Shown here: piece after piece, positions 1-8,669 of the stretch
How the letters are laid out: the number at the start of each line of letters is the position of its first letter
Position numbering within the stretch: the stretch's first letter is position 1
NCBI GenBank assembly: GCA_030754595.1
Contig: JASLZZ010000116.1
Location: 1 to 62,768 of the forward strand
Direction of reading: 5' to 3'
DNA: 62,768 nt
DNA from: Nitrospinota bacterium
GTDB lineage: Bacteria; UBA8248
The notes under the pieces: generated by a model
The model's database searches: none
Told to the model about the DNA's origin: nothing
Seen by the model: only the letters and a program-made list of their open reading frames with translations
Position numbers and translations under genes: made by a program

Positions 1-142
1 CCGTTAAAAGATTCGACAAATCCATTCTCCCAGGGGCTTCCTGGTTCGATGAAGAGCGTTTGCACGCCAAGGTTCGAAAGCCAGTTTCTCACGCGTTTCG
101 AAGTGAACTCAGGCCCGTTATCCGAACGAATGTGATCGGGAC
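1..142 (-). mobile_element. IS3-family transposase (rve integrase core) fragment, runs off the left edge
   Basis: Reverse-strand translation PDHIRSDNGPEFTSKRVRNWLSNLGVQTLFIEPGSPWENGFVESFNG contains the SDNGxEF and PGSPWENGxxESFNG motifs of IS3 OrfB. Similarity stops at ~142. Not in the ORF track. Confidence 0.9.
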
Positions 143-145
143 AAA

Positions 146-402
146 ATGAAAGGGGGCTCCCCGGCCTACCGGATCACCAAAACAGCGCTTAACGCCCTGA
201 CGGGCATTCTCGCCGACGAGCTCAGGGACTCGGGCATCCTGGTCAACGCGGCCACCCGGGCTACTGCTTAACCGACATGGGCGGCCCGAGCGCCGCCCGC
301 TCGGCCGAGGAGGAGGCCGACACTACGGCCTGGCTCGCCACTCTTCCCGGGGGCGGGCCCACGGGCGGATTTTTCTTCGACCGCAAGCTATTTGATTGGT
401 AG
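146..402 (+). pseudogene. 3' remnant of a short-chain dehydrogenase/carbonyl reductase, frameshifted
   Basis: Reads AYRITKTALNALTGILADELRDSGILVNA (YxxxK). After a 1-nt shift near 253 it continues HPGYCLTDMGGPSAARSAEEEADTTAWLATLPGGGPTGGFFFDRKLFDW*. The N-terminal Rossmann half is absent. Confidence 0.8.
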
Positions 403-487
403 AACCGGCGTTCGCGGCCGGATCGGATTTCGTGTAAAACCGGGGCGTCACATATCACGCCCGGCTGGACCAGGAGCTCTCCTTCCC

Positions 488-1168
488 ATGACCGAAGATG
501 TACGGCAAGAAGCCGAACACCTGAGCCAGCGCCTTTCGGGCGCGGCGGATTTGGTCGCAAGAGAGGTTGACGATCTTTCCGGCGAGCGGATGACCTTCTC
601 CCGCGACGAGCCCGTCTGGGCCCGGTGGTCGGCCGAAGTTCAGCTTCGCCACATGGCCTGCGTCCCCTGCCGGTGGCTGCACGGCATTTTTCACGAGGGG
701 CTGGAGAACGAAGGATACCGCCTGCCGGAGGTGGACATGGAGACCATCCAGGCGGGAACCGACCGGCATGTGCCCCCCGAAATCTGCCCGGACCGTGAAA
801 CGCTGATCGCTCATATGCGGATGATGTTCGATTTTTGCCTGGAGATTCTCGACCGCGAGACGCTCGAGTCGCTCCGGGCGCTCAAATGCGTGCGGCTGGT
901 GGACACCGAGGCCTGGCGAGAGGATTCCCCCGAGCGGCCCATCGACTTCTGGCGAATGCTCGCGAAACCCCACCCCTACGGGGTGCACGAAGATCCGGAC
1001 CGGCCCGGCCATTTCCCGATGGAGCTGATCGCGGTCCTCCGGCAAATTTACTGGGAAACACTGGCCCACCTTCGCACCATCCAGCGGCTCAAGGGGCTGA
1101 TGGAGCTGACGATTCGGGCCGAGCTTCCCCGGGAAGGCTATCTGACCGTCCCCAAATTCTACGACTGA
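488..1168 (+). CDS. hypothetical protein, DinB-like helical fold
   Basis: WSAEVQLRHMA and ETLAHLRTIQRLK resemble DinB_2 motifs. ATG at 488 is preferred over TTG at 392. Confidence 0.5.
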   Translation: MTEDVRQEAEHLSQRLSGAADLVAREVDDLSGERMTFSRDEPVWARWSAEVQLRHMACVPCRWLHGIFHEGLENEGYRLPEVDMETIQAGTDRHVPPEICPDRETLIAHMRMMFDFCLEILDRETLESLRALKCVRLVDTEAWREDSPERPIDFWRMLAKPHPYGVHEDPDRPGHFPMELIAVLRQIYWETLAHLRTIQRLKGLMELTIRAELPREGYLTVPKFYD

Positions 1169-1177
1169 GCAACCGCG

Positions 1178-2212
1178 TTGAATCAAAAACCAAACCACGA
1201 AAACGAAAAAAAAAGCGGTTTATTTTCCTGGAAGCTTCTCGCCGGTCTGGCGCTCATGGCCGTGTTTCTCTGGCTGGCTTTCCGGAAAATACCGCTGGGC
1301 AGCTTCATCGATACGCTGAGGGAGGTGAGTCTCCTTCCGCTGGCGGCGGCGGCGGCGATTGTGGTTCTGTCCATCGTCTTACGCGGCTGGCGGTGGAAGA
1401 TCATGCTGGCCTCCTCCCAGCCCGAACTCAAAAAGCGCTACGCCGTCATGGCCACCGGGGTGGGATACGCGGTGAACCTGGCGATTCCCCGGGGCGGCGA
1501 GGTGGCCCGCGCCATATTTCTCAAGAGAATCGCCAGCACTTCTCTGGTGGCGGGCCTGAGTTCGGTCCTGGCCGAGCGCCTGATCGATGTGGTTTCGTTG
1601 TGCGTTCTTTTCGTCGCGACTCTCTCGCTCTATCAGCATCAACTCGAAGGCGTTTTTCCGGGCGTCGGGCGGGGAATGTTTTTCGCCGGACTCCTCGCCA
1701 TGGGGGGGTTCGCCGTCATGTGGGTGATAAGCCGCAATCCGGACAGGACCTCGGGGTGGATCGGGAAAATCCTTTATCGCTTCTGGCCCTCGCAAGCGGA
1801 AAGAATATCCGGCTGGGAGGAGAGTTTCTCTCTGGGGCTGGGGGGGGGGTTTGTCCGAAAAAATGCGCCGGCAATGATCGCCCTGACGGCCGGAATCTGG
1901 CTCCTCTACATCGCCGCCAACTGGACGATTATCTTCGCGTTTCCATCGACCCGGATCGCTTCGCTGACGGTCCTCGACATTTGCGCGGTCACCGTCGTGG
2001 TCGCCATTTCCTTTTCTCTCCCCTCGCCGGGCGGCACCGGGACCACCCATTTCTTCGTCAGCCAGATGCTCACCGGAATCTACGGCATCGATCCGGCTCA
2101 CGCTCTTGCCTACGCCACCCTGCTTCACCTGGTGGGAACCGTTCCGGCCCTTCTCCTGGGCGGGGCATCGGCCATGTTCATGGAATCCGTCAAAACCGGC
2201 GAGGCGTCCTGA
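1178..2212 (+). CDS. lysylphosphatidylglycerol synthase TM-domain (UPF0104) flippase-like membrane protein
   Basis: Multiple TM helices; RGWRW, NLAIPRGGEVAR, ERLID and LPSPGGTG motifs. Confidence 0.85.
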   Translation: MNQKPNHENEKKSGLFSWKLLAGLALMAVFLWLAFRKIPLGSFIDTLREVSLLPLAAAAAIVVLSIVLRGWRWKIMLASSQPELKKRYAVMATGVGYAVNLAIPRGGEVARAIFLKRIASTSLVAGLSSVLAERLIDVVSLCVLFVATLSLYQHQLEGVFPGVGRGMFFAGLLAMGGFAVMWVISRNPDRTSGWIGKILYRFWPSQAERISGWEESFSLGLGGGFVRKNAPAMIALTAGIWLLYIAANWTIIFAFPSTRIASLTVLDICAVTVVVAISFSLPSPGGTGTTHFFVSQMLTGIYGIDPAHALAYATLLHLVGTVPALLLGGASAMFMESVKTGEAS

Positions 2213-2434
2213 ACCACGCCAGGCGGGCACCTAAAGCCGGCCGGGTTCGGCATAATTAATTTAAGTTCTTTACCTCCGAATTCAGTCGAGATTAAATAGA
2301 AAGTATCTGGACTTTGAGCCCTACGGGTGATAAACCATTTTTCAAGTAACAAATAATGAATAATCCGGGGGGGGTCTGGGGTTTCCGCCTGCGGAAACAC
2401 ATCGGAATAACCGGTTTCATGGAGGGAGATAACC

Positions 2435-3091
<657 letters not shown>

Positions 3092-3100
3092 ACATCCCAT

Positions 3101-3152
3101 AACAAAAAACCCCGGCGGCTTCCGAGAAAGGCCGTCGGGATTTTTGTTTTGT
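3101..3152 (+). terminator. intrinsic terminator, probably bidirectional
   Basis: A-tract, stem CCCGGCGGCTT/AGGCCGTCGGG, T-tract, immediately after the prx stop. Confidence 0.7.
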
Positions 3153-3180
3153 CAGCCAAGAACTAAAACCTGACCGCACA

Positions 3181-3313
3181 AGCAGATTCTTCTCTCGCTG
3201 CGCTCGTTCAGAATGACAACTTAGTCTTTTGTTCCTTTCATTCTGAGGCAACTTTATTTTTTGTTCCTGTCATTCTGAGCGGAGGGCTAAAGGCCCGGAG
3301 TGAAGAATCTGCT
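3181..3313. repeat. REP/REPIN-like inverted palindromic element
   Basis: AGCAGATTCTTC...CAGAATGACA (3181-3218) is inverted against TGTCATTCTG...GAAGAATCTGCT (3268-3313). A partial third copy TTTGTTCCTTTCATTCTGAG lies at ~3228. Confidence 0.7.
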
Positions 3314-3431
3314 TTTTCCGCGATGCCTGCCCGCGCGCTCACCCCCGACACCCGCGCGTAATTCCACCCCGTCTGAAACGGGGTGGCCTCCCAGGTCTCG
3401 GGGCCGTGCTTATGGCCCGCCGCCTCCGGGT

Positions 3432-4175
3432 CTAGGGGGCGTTTCCGGCCTCGTGCTCGATGAGGGCCGCCTTGAGCGCCACGCCCGATCCGAATCCTCC
3501 CAGCTCGCCCGAGCTGGCGATGACGCGGTGTCAGGGTATCAGGAGCGGCACCGGATTCCGGTGAAGCGCTCCGCCCACGGCGCGGACCGCGCGGGGCCGC
3601 CCGGCCTCGGCCGCCACCCATTTGTAGGAGCGCGTCTCTCCGTAGGGGATCCGCTCCGTCGCGCGGAGGACGTCGCGGCTGAAGGGGGTGAGCGCCGAGA
3701 GGTCCACCGCCAGATCGAATGTTTTCCGGCCGCCGCCGAGGTATTCGTCGATCTCCTTGAGGGCCCGGCGCGATACTTCACCCGCCCCGCCGAGATCGCT
3801 CTTGCCGTGCTTCGCCCCGCCTCCCCCCCGGAGCATCCGCACCGCCGAAACCTCGTCTCCCGAGTCGCCGACCTCTATTTCTTTCCGGACCCTGGCGATC
3901 CACTTTTCAACCACCGGGCCGGATGGTGCTGTATGTTTCATGGCGCTTTCCTCCTTTTTCGGTCTTATCGCCTCGGGGCCGTCAATCATTTCGGCGGCGC
4001 GAATTTCCCTTCTCGCCGCCAGGCCCAGCCGGTCCCGCATCCAGCTCGAAACCGGGAGCTGGGCCAGCTCCGCCGCCCGCCGCAGCGAGCCGAGAAGATC
4101 GAGAGAGACACGGATGTTCAGCGGATGCCCCAGACTTAATTTTCGCTTAATATTCACCTTAGTATCGTAACGCAA
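3432..4175 (-). CDS. ogt: selenocysteine-containing methylated-DNA-[protein]-cysteine S-methyltransferase (MGMT/Ogt), possibly with an N-terminal RHH domain; alternative start at 3941
   Basis: IPYGETRSYKWVA and RAVRAVGGALHRNPVPLLIP-TGA-HRVIASSGELGGFGSGVALKAALIEHE. The TGA (3531-3533) replaces the Cys of the PCHR motif, and the frame continues with canonical MGMT sequence to TAG at 3432-3434. Confidence 0.9.
3500..3517 (-). promoter_or_regulatory. bacterial SECIS-like hairpin for the ogt UGA
   Basis: mRNA CCAGCUC-GGGC-GAGCUGG: perfect 7-bp stem with a G-starting loop, beginning 13 nt after the UGA. Confidence 0.75.
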
Positions 4176-4234
4176 TTGGCAGTACGTATCAAGTGCGAAT
4201 TGTGGGTTTTTTTGGTGATCGGATTTTCCGGGCG

Positions 4235-4630
4235 CTACCCCGGGCTAATCGCGTCCCTCGCCCGCTCAAGCTCCAAGACTCCGGGCGGGCGCCCGCCGGA
4301 CTCGACCAGCGCGGCGTCTCCGCCCGCCAGCTCCATCCAAAGGACCGCCTCGCCGAGATCGGCGTCGGGTGAGATGCGCACCGCCCTCGCCGATGATCGA
4401 TCCTTTCCCGCAAGCACGTCCACCAACTCGCCCGCCGTCAAAAAAGTTTCCGGCGCCCGGATGCGCTCCGAAATCTCCTCTCCGCGAAGAAGCCCGATCA
4501 AACGTCCGCCCCCGGCGCACACCGCCGCCCAGGGTGCGTTTTTCCGGTTCATCGCGACCCAGGCCGCGCGCGCGTCATCCTCCGGAGCGACGATCGACAC
4601 CGCCTGCAAAAAACACTCGCGCACTTTCAT
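4235..4630 (-). CDS. CBS-domain pair protein (divergent)
   Basis: MKVRECF..SIVAPEDDARAAWVAM..GRLIGLL..LTAGELV..ISPDADLGEAVLWM..GRPPGVL fits a tandem CBS pattern. Confidence 0.7.
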   Translation of the reverse strand: MKVRECFLQAVSIVAPEDDARAAWVAMNRKNAPWAAVCAGGGRLIGLLRGEEISERIRAPETFLTAGELVDVLAGKDRSSARAVRISPDADLGEAVLWMELAGGDAALVESGGRPPGVLELERARDAISPG

Positions 4631-4682
4631 GGATGTCTCTATTTGTCCGGCGGGGAAATCTCTTTGCCGGGGGGGGGTTGGC

Positions 4683-5465
4683 CTACTCGCCCCGGAATTC
4701 GGGCTTGCGCTTTTCCTTGAACGCGGCGAGCGCCTCGGCAAAATCCTTCGTGAAATTCAGCGGCATCCGGACGGCATTCGAGAATTCGATGGCCTGGCTC
4801 ATCGGCATCCGGCTGGTCTGCTCGATGACCTTTTTCGCCCCGCGCACGCCGAGCGGGCCGTTGGCCGCGATGGAGCGGGCCAGGGCCAGGGCTTCTTCCA
4901 TCAGCTGATCGGCGGGATAGGCCCGGTTGACGAATCCGATGCGCTCGGCCTCCTCGCCGTCGAAACGGCGCGCCGTATAGATCAACTCCTTGGCAAGACC
5001 GGCGGGGATCACCCGGGGCAGGCGGACCGTCCCTCCCGCGCCGGGAAAAACGCCAAGCGCGGTTTCGGGAAAACAAAGGGTCGCATCGGCGGCGGCGAGG
5101 CGGATATCGCAGGCGAGGGAGATCTCCATCCCCCAGCCGAAGGTGTGGCCGTTGATAGCGGCGATGGTGGGCATGGGAAGATTCTCCCACCGGGTGACGG
5201 TCTCCATGCCGAGAAGTTGATACCGGTCGGCGTCTTCTTTCGTGTGGGTGGCGCTTTCCTTGAGGTCGCGGCCCGTGCTGAAGGCGCGCCCTTCGCCGGT
5301 CAGAACGACGACGCGCACTTCTTTTTCTCCGGCGAGCGCCGCGCCGAGCTCGGTGAACTCCTCGGCGAGGTTCATGCCGAGGGCGTTAAGGCGCTCCGGG
5401 CGGTTGATCGCCACCCGGGCGATACCCTCGTCAACCGCGTATTTGATCTCCGTGAATTCGCGCAC
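4683..5465 (-). CDS. enoyl-CoA hydratase/isomerase (crotonase family)
   Basis: INRPERLNAL, AFSTGRDL, AAINGHTFGWGMEISLACD, FPETALGVFPGAGG, AFKEKRKPEFRG. Confidence 0.95.
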   Translation of the reverse strand: MREFTEIKYAVDEGIARVAINRPERLNALGMNLAEEFTELGAALAGEKEVRVVVLTGEGRAFSTGRDLKESATHTKEDADRYQLLGMETVTRWENLPMPTIAAINGHTFGWGMEISLACDIRLAAADATLCFPETALGVFPGAGGTVRLPRVIPAGLAKELIYTARRFDGEEAERIGFVNRAYPADQLMEEALALARSIAANGPLGVRGAKKVIEQTSRMPMSQAIEFSNAVRMPLNFTKDFAEALAAFKEKRKPEFRGE

Positions 5466-5501
5466 GCAACTCTCCCCGAAAAATTCGCCTCCGAGTTCCG
5501 T

Positions 5502-6032
5502 TCAGTTTTTGAGCTGTCCGGCCACCTCGTCCACGAATCCGAGCGTCACCGATTTCATTTCATCGGCGCTCAGATTGCTGACCGGATGCGGAAGTTTGAC
5601 GTAGGGGTGGCCTTCCATCCCCTTGCCCTTGAACTGAAAGTCCGCCGCCGTCCTGAAGGCCTCGGTGATCACCGTGGTGGAGGGGACTCCGCGTTTCTCG
5701 AACTCAACCGTGTCGTGCACACTGCACAACGTGCAGGAGCCTCAGCCCCCGAGGGCGCATATCACCACATCGCACTGGTCGGCCATCTCCGCGATCATCT
5801 CGTCCGGAGCCGGCTTCGAGTAGTGCTCCTTGCGGCGCACGACCACTTCCTTGACGCCGTATTTCTCGCGCAGCGACTCCCCCAACGTCTCCAGGATGAC
5901 GTCGGCCTGCTCCTTGGTGTTGTCGAGAACACCGACCACTTTCCCGCTCAGGTCCGGGGGACGGGCGGCGAGAGCCACCGCCTTGCTCACGCTCCCCGCC
6001 GTGGGATCGACAAAATCCATCTTCACCGTCAT
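5502..6032 (-). CDS. UGSC-family selenoprotein (176 aa, Sec97)
   Basis: ORFs 5742..6056 and 5502..5729 are in one frame and joined through TGA at 5742-5744: CDVVICALGG-U-GSCTLCSVHDTVEFEKRGVP. Contains LSGKVVGVLDNTK and LPHPVSNL motifs; RBS AAGGAG before ATG 6032. Confidence 0.92.
5712..5730 (-). promoter_or_regulatory. bacterial SECIS-like hairpin for the UGSC UGA
   Basis: mRNA GUUGUGCA-GUG-UGCACGAC: 8-bp stem (one G-U pair) with a G-starting loop, beginning 11 nt after the UGA. Confidence 0.7.
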
Positions 6033-6239
6033 GGCATGTCTCCTTTTCGGAATCATTCAAAGAATAGGCGGCTATCATATTCCCGGGCGAAGGGGCTGTC
6101 CACTGACCGAGAGGGCCCGCCCGAAAACCTCCCCTTCTCCCGCCGGGCATTTTATGCGAAAATCCCCCTCTCGCGGGCGAGGCCGACCACCCCCCGCCGG
6201 ACACCCTCATTTCAAACGCCGATCCCATGGAGCGATGCC

Positions 6240-8501
6240 ATGCCCAGTTACGATTTGGTCGGAAAATCCAATATCCGCTACGACGCCATTCCGAAATCGG
6301 ACGGCTCGGTGCCCTACGGGGAGGACCATCTCCCCGACGGGGCGCTTCACTGCGGGGTCCTCTTCACCCCGGTGCCTTACGGCCGCCTCAAGAGCATCGA
6401 CACCGCCGCCGCCGAGCGGATTCCGGGCGTCGCGGCCGTCCTCACCGCCAAGGACATCCCCGGAAAGAATTTCCGCTTCGGCTCGAACACGGCCACCCAT
6501 GAGGGTCAGCCCGTCCTCGTCGAGGACATGATCGAGTTCACCGGCGACGCGCTCGCCGTCGTGGGCGCCGAGACGAGAGACGCCCTCGAAGCGGGCATCG
6601 CGGCCATTAAGCTCGAGATCGAGGCCCGGGAGGGGGTGTGGACCACCCGCCACGGCGATAAAAGCGCGGAGGAGCGCCGGGTCTGCGATTTCGAGGTTAC
6701 GCGCGGAGACCCCAAAGGCGCTTTCGCGGAGGCCGATGTCATCATCGAGCGCACCTACGAGACCCAGCTCGCCGAACACGCTTTCCTCGAGCCCGCCTCG
6801 GGGACCTCCTGGATCGAGGAGGACGGCGTCCTCACCATCCGGGTCGGGACCCAGCTGATCGAGTACTACCGCGCGATGGCGATGATGCTGGCCGTTCCGC
6901 AGAGCCGGGTCCGCCACCTGGGCACCTACGTCGGCGGCGGATTCGGGGCGAAGGGGATGCTCACCGTCGAACCCTATCTGGCGCTGCTGACCCACCTGAC
7001 CAGGCGGCCCGCGCACATGGCCATGGGCCGCGAGGAGGGCTTCCGCTCCACGTCGAAAAAACATCCCTTTGTGATGCGCTACCGCACCGCCGCCTCGAAG
7101 GAGGGGAAAATCCTCGCAGTCGAGGCCGACGTTATCGGCGACGCGGGAGCGTACCCCTACAAATCGAACCTGTTTCTCCTCGGCGGCATGTGCATCGCCA
7201 CCGGCCCCTACGAGGTGCCCAACGCCGAAGTCAGGTGCCACGGCTACCTCACCAACAACCCCATCACCAACGCCATGCGCGGGGTGGGCTCGAACCAGCT
7301 CTGCTTCGCCTACGAAAACCAGATGAACCTCGTCGCGGAGGCGCTGGGGATGGGCCCCTTCGAGCTCCGGCGCCGGAATTTCCTCCAGAAAGGCGGACAA
7401 CTCGTCACGGGCCAGAAAATCGAATACGGGCCTGGTCTCGAGGAATGCCTCGACGGCGCCATCAAGGCGCTCGGCGAGCCGGCCAAACCCGCCCCCGGCA
7501 AGCGAATCGGCCAGGGCTTCGCGGCCAACATCACCGGCTACGGCCGCCCCATGGACTCGGCCGAGGCGGCTGTTCACATGGAGCCCGACGGAAGCGCCGT
7601 CGTCCGGGTGAGCGCCCCCGACATCGGCGCGGGCCAGGGCGCCACCCTCCAGACCCTCGCCGCCGAATCCCTCGGTCTCAGGCTCGATCAGGTCTCGACC
7701 CGGCTCTCCGACTCGGCGTCGACGCCGCTCTCGGGCATCACCGCCGGCAGCCGTCAAACCCTAATGGCGGGCAACGCCCTGAAACTCGCCGCCGAGGAAA
7801 TCAGGAAATCCCTGGTTAAGGGCGCGGCGACGCTCCTCGAAGCCTCGGAGAACGACATCCGCCTCGGCGGGGGCGAGGCCTGGGTCTCCTCCGCCCCGGA
7901 CCGCCGCGTCCCGATGGGCCAGGCGGCGTGCGAAGCCAAAAAAATGAGAGAGTCGCTTCACTGCACCCACGGCTACAATATGCCCGGCCACGAATACGAA
8001 AACCCCGAGCGCTACATGGGCGGTTTGGGCGGCTGGGCGGACTACACCTTCGGCGTGCACGCCTCCGAGGTCGAGGTGGACATCGACACCGGCGAGGTCA
8101 ACCTCCTAAAACACGTCGCCGCGCACGAGGTGGGAATCGCCCTGAACCCCACGAGCGTCGAGGGCCAGTTCGAGGGCGGCGCGGTCATGGGCATCGGCTA
8201 CGCCCTTCACGAGGAAATGACGATGACCGAGGGCGATTGCCGCTCGCAGAGTTTTCACGAATACCTGATCCCCACTTCCTCGGACGTGGGCGATTTCAAG
8301 AACGTCGTCCTCGAGGGCGGCGAGGGCGCGGGCCCTTACGGCGCGCGGGGGGTCGGCGAGCCTCCCTGCAACAACGCGCCGGCGGCGGTGGCTCTCGCCA
8401 TCAACGACGCCATCGGCGCGATCATCTACGAGCTTCCCATCACCCCCGAGCGGGTGTTCCGGACGATTCGGGAGAAGAAAAACGGGGGTGGTGGTCACTA
8501 G
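6240..8501 (+). CDS. xanthine dehydrogenase/CoxL-family molybdopterin-binding subunit
   Basis: QLAEHAFLEP, VGGGFGAKG, AMRGVGSNQ, TAGSRQT, VEGQFEGG, GARGVGEPP. The real start is MPSYDLVGKS at 6240; the upstream part of the 1441-aa ORF is antisense shadow. Confidence 0.95.
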   Translation: MPSYDLVGKSNIRYDAIPKSDGSVPYGEDHLPDGALHCGVLFTPVPYGRLKSIDTAAAERIPGVAAVLTAKDIPGKNFRFGSNTATHEGQPVLVEDMIEFTGDALAVVGAETRDALEAGIAAIKLEIEAREGVWTTRHGDKSAEERRVCDFEVTRGDPKGAFAEADVIIERTYETQLAEHAFLEPASGTSWIEEDGVLTIRVGTQLIEYYRAMAMMLAVPQSRVRHLGTYVGGGFGAKGMLTVEPYLALLTHLTRRPAHMAMGREEGFRSTSKKHPFVMRYRTAASKEGKILAVEADVIGDAGAYPYKSNLFLLGGMCIATGPYEVPNAEVRCHGYLTNNPITNAMRGVGSNQLCFAYENQMNLVAEALGMGPFELRRRNFLQKGGQLVTGQKIEYGPGLEECLDGAIKALGEPAKPAPGKRIGQGFAANITGYGRPMDSAEAAVHMEPDGSAVVRVSAPDIGAGQGATLQTLAAESLGLRLDQVSTRLSDSASTPLSGITAGSRQTLMAGNALKLAAEEIRKSLVKGAATLLEASENDIRLGGGEAWVSSAPDRRVPMGQAACEAKKMRESLHCTHGYNMPGHEYENPERYMGGLGGWADYTFGVHASEVEVDIDTGEVNLLKHVAAHEVGIALNPTSVEGQFEGGAVMGIGYALHEEMTMTEGDCRSQSFHEYLIPTSSDVGDFKNVVLEGGEGAGPYGARGVGEPPCNNAPAAVALAINDAIGAIIYELPITPERVFRTIREKKNGGGGH

Positions 8502-8507
8502 CCTCTA

Positions 8508-8569
8508 CCGAAAAACACCCACAAAAAAGCCCCGGCTACTCCCGGGGCTTTTTTGTGGGTGTTTTTCGG
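8508..8569. terminator. bidirectional terminator / perfect 28-bp inverted repeat
   Basis: CCGAAAAACACCCACAAAAAAGCCCCGG, 6-nt loop, then its exact reverse complement; lies between convergent genes. Confidence 0.8.
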
Positions 8570-8669
8570 ATTAATTATCGGCGGGCTCCCCTACTCCTCC
8601 AAAATCCACCAGGCTTCGAGGGGGAGCGGGTCAAAGCGGTCCAAATCGCGCTGGCGGCAGTGCCGCGGC

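Noticed and set aside
4176..6239. N-terminal ~690 aa of the 1441-aa plus-strand ORF as a giant XDH fusion
   Set aside because: It is the antisense shadow of the CBS, crotonase and UGSC genes. XDH similarity begins only at ATG 6240.
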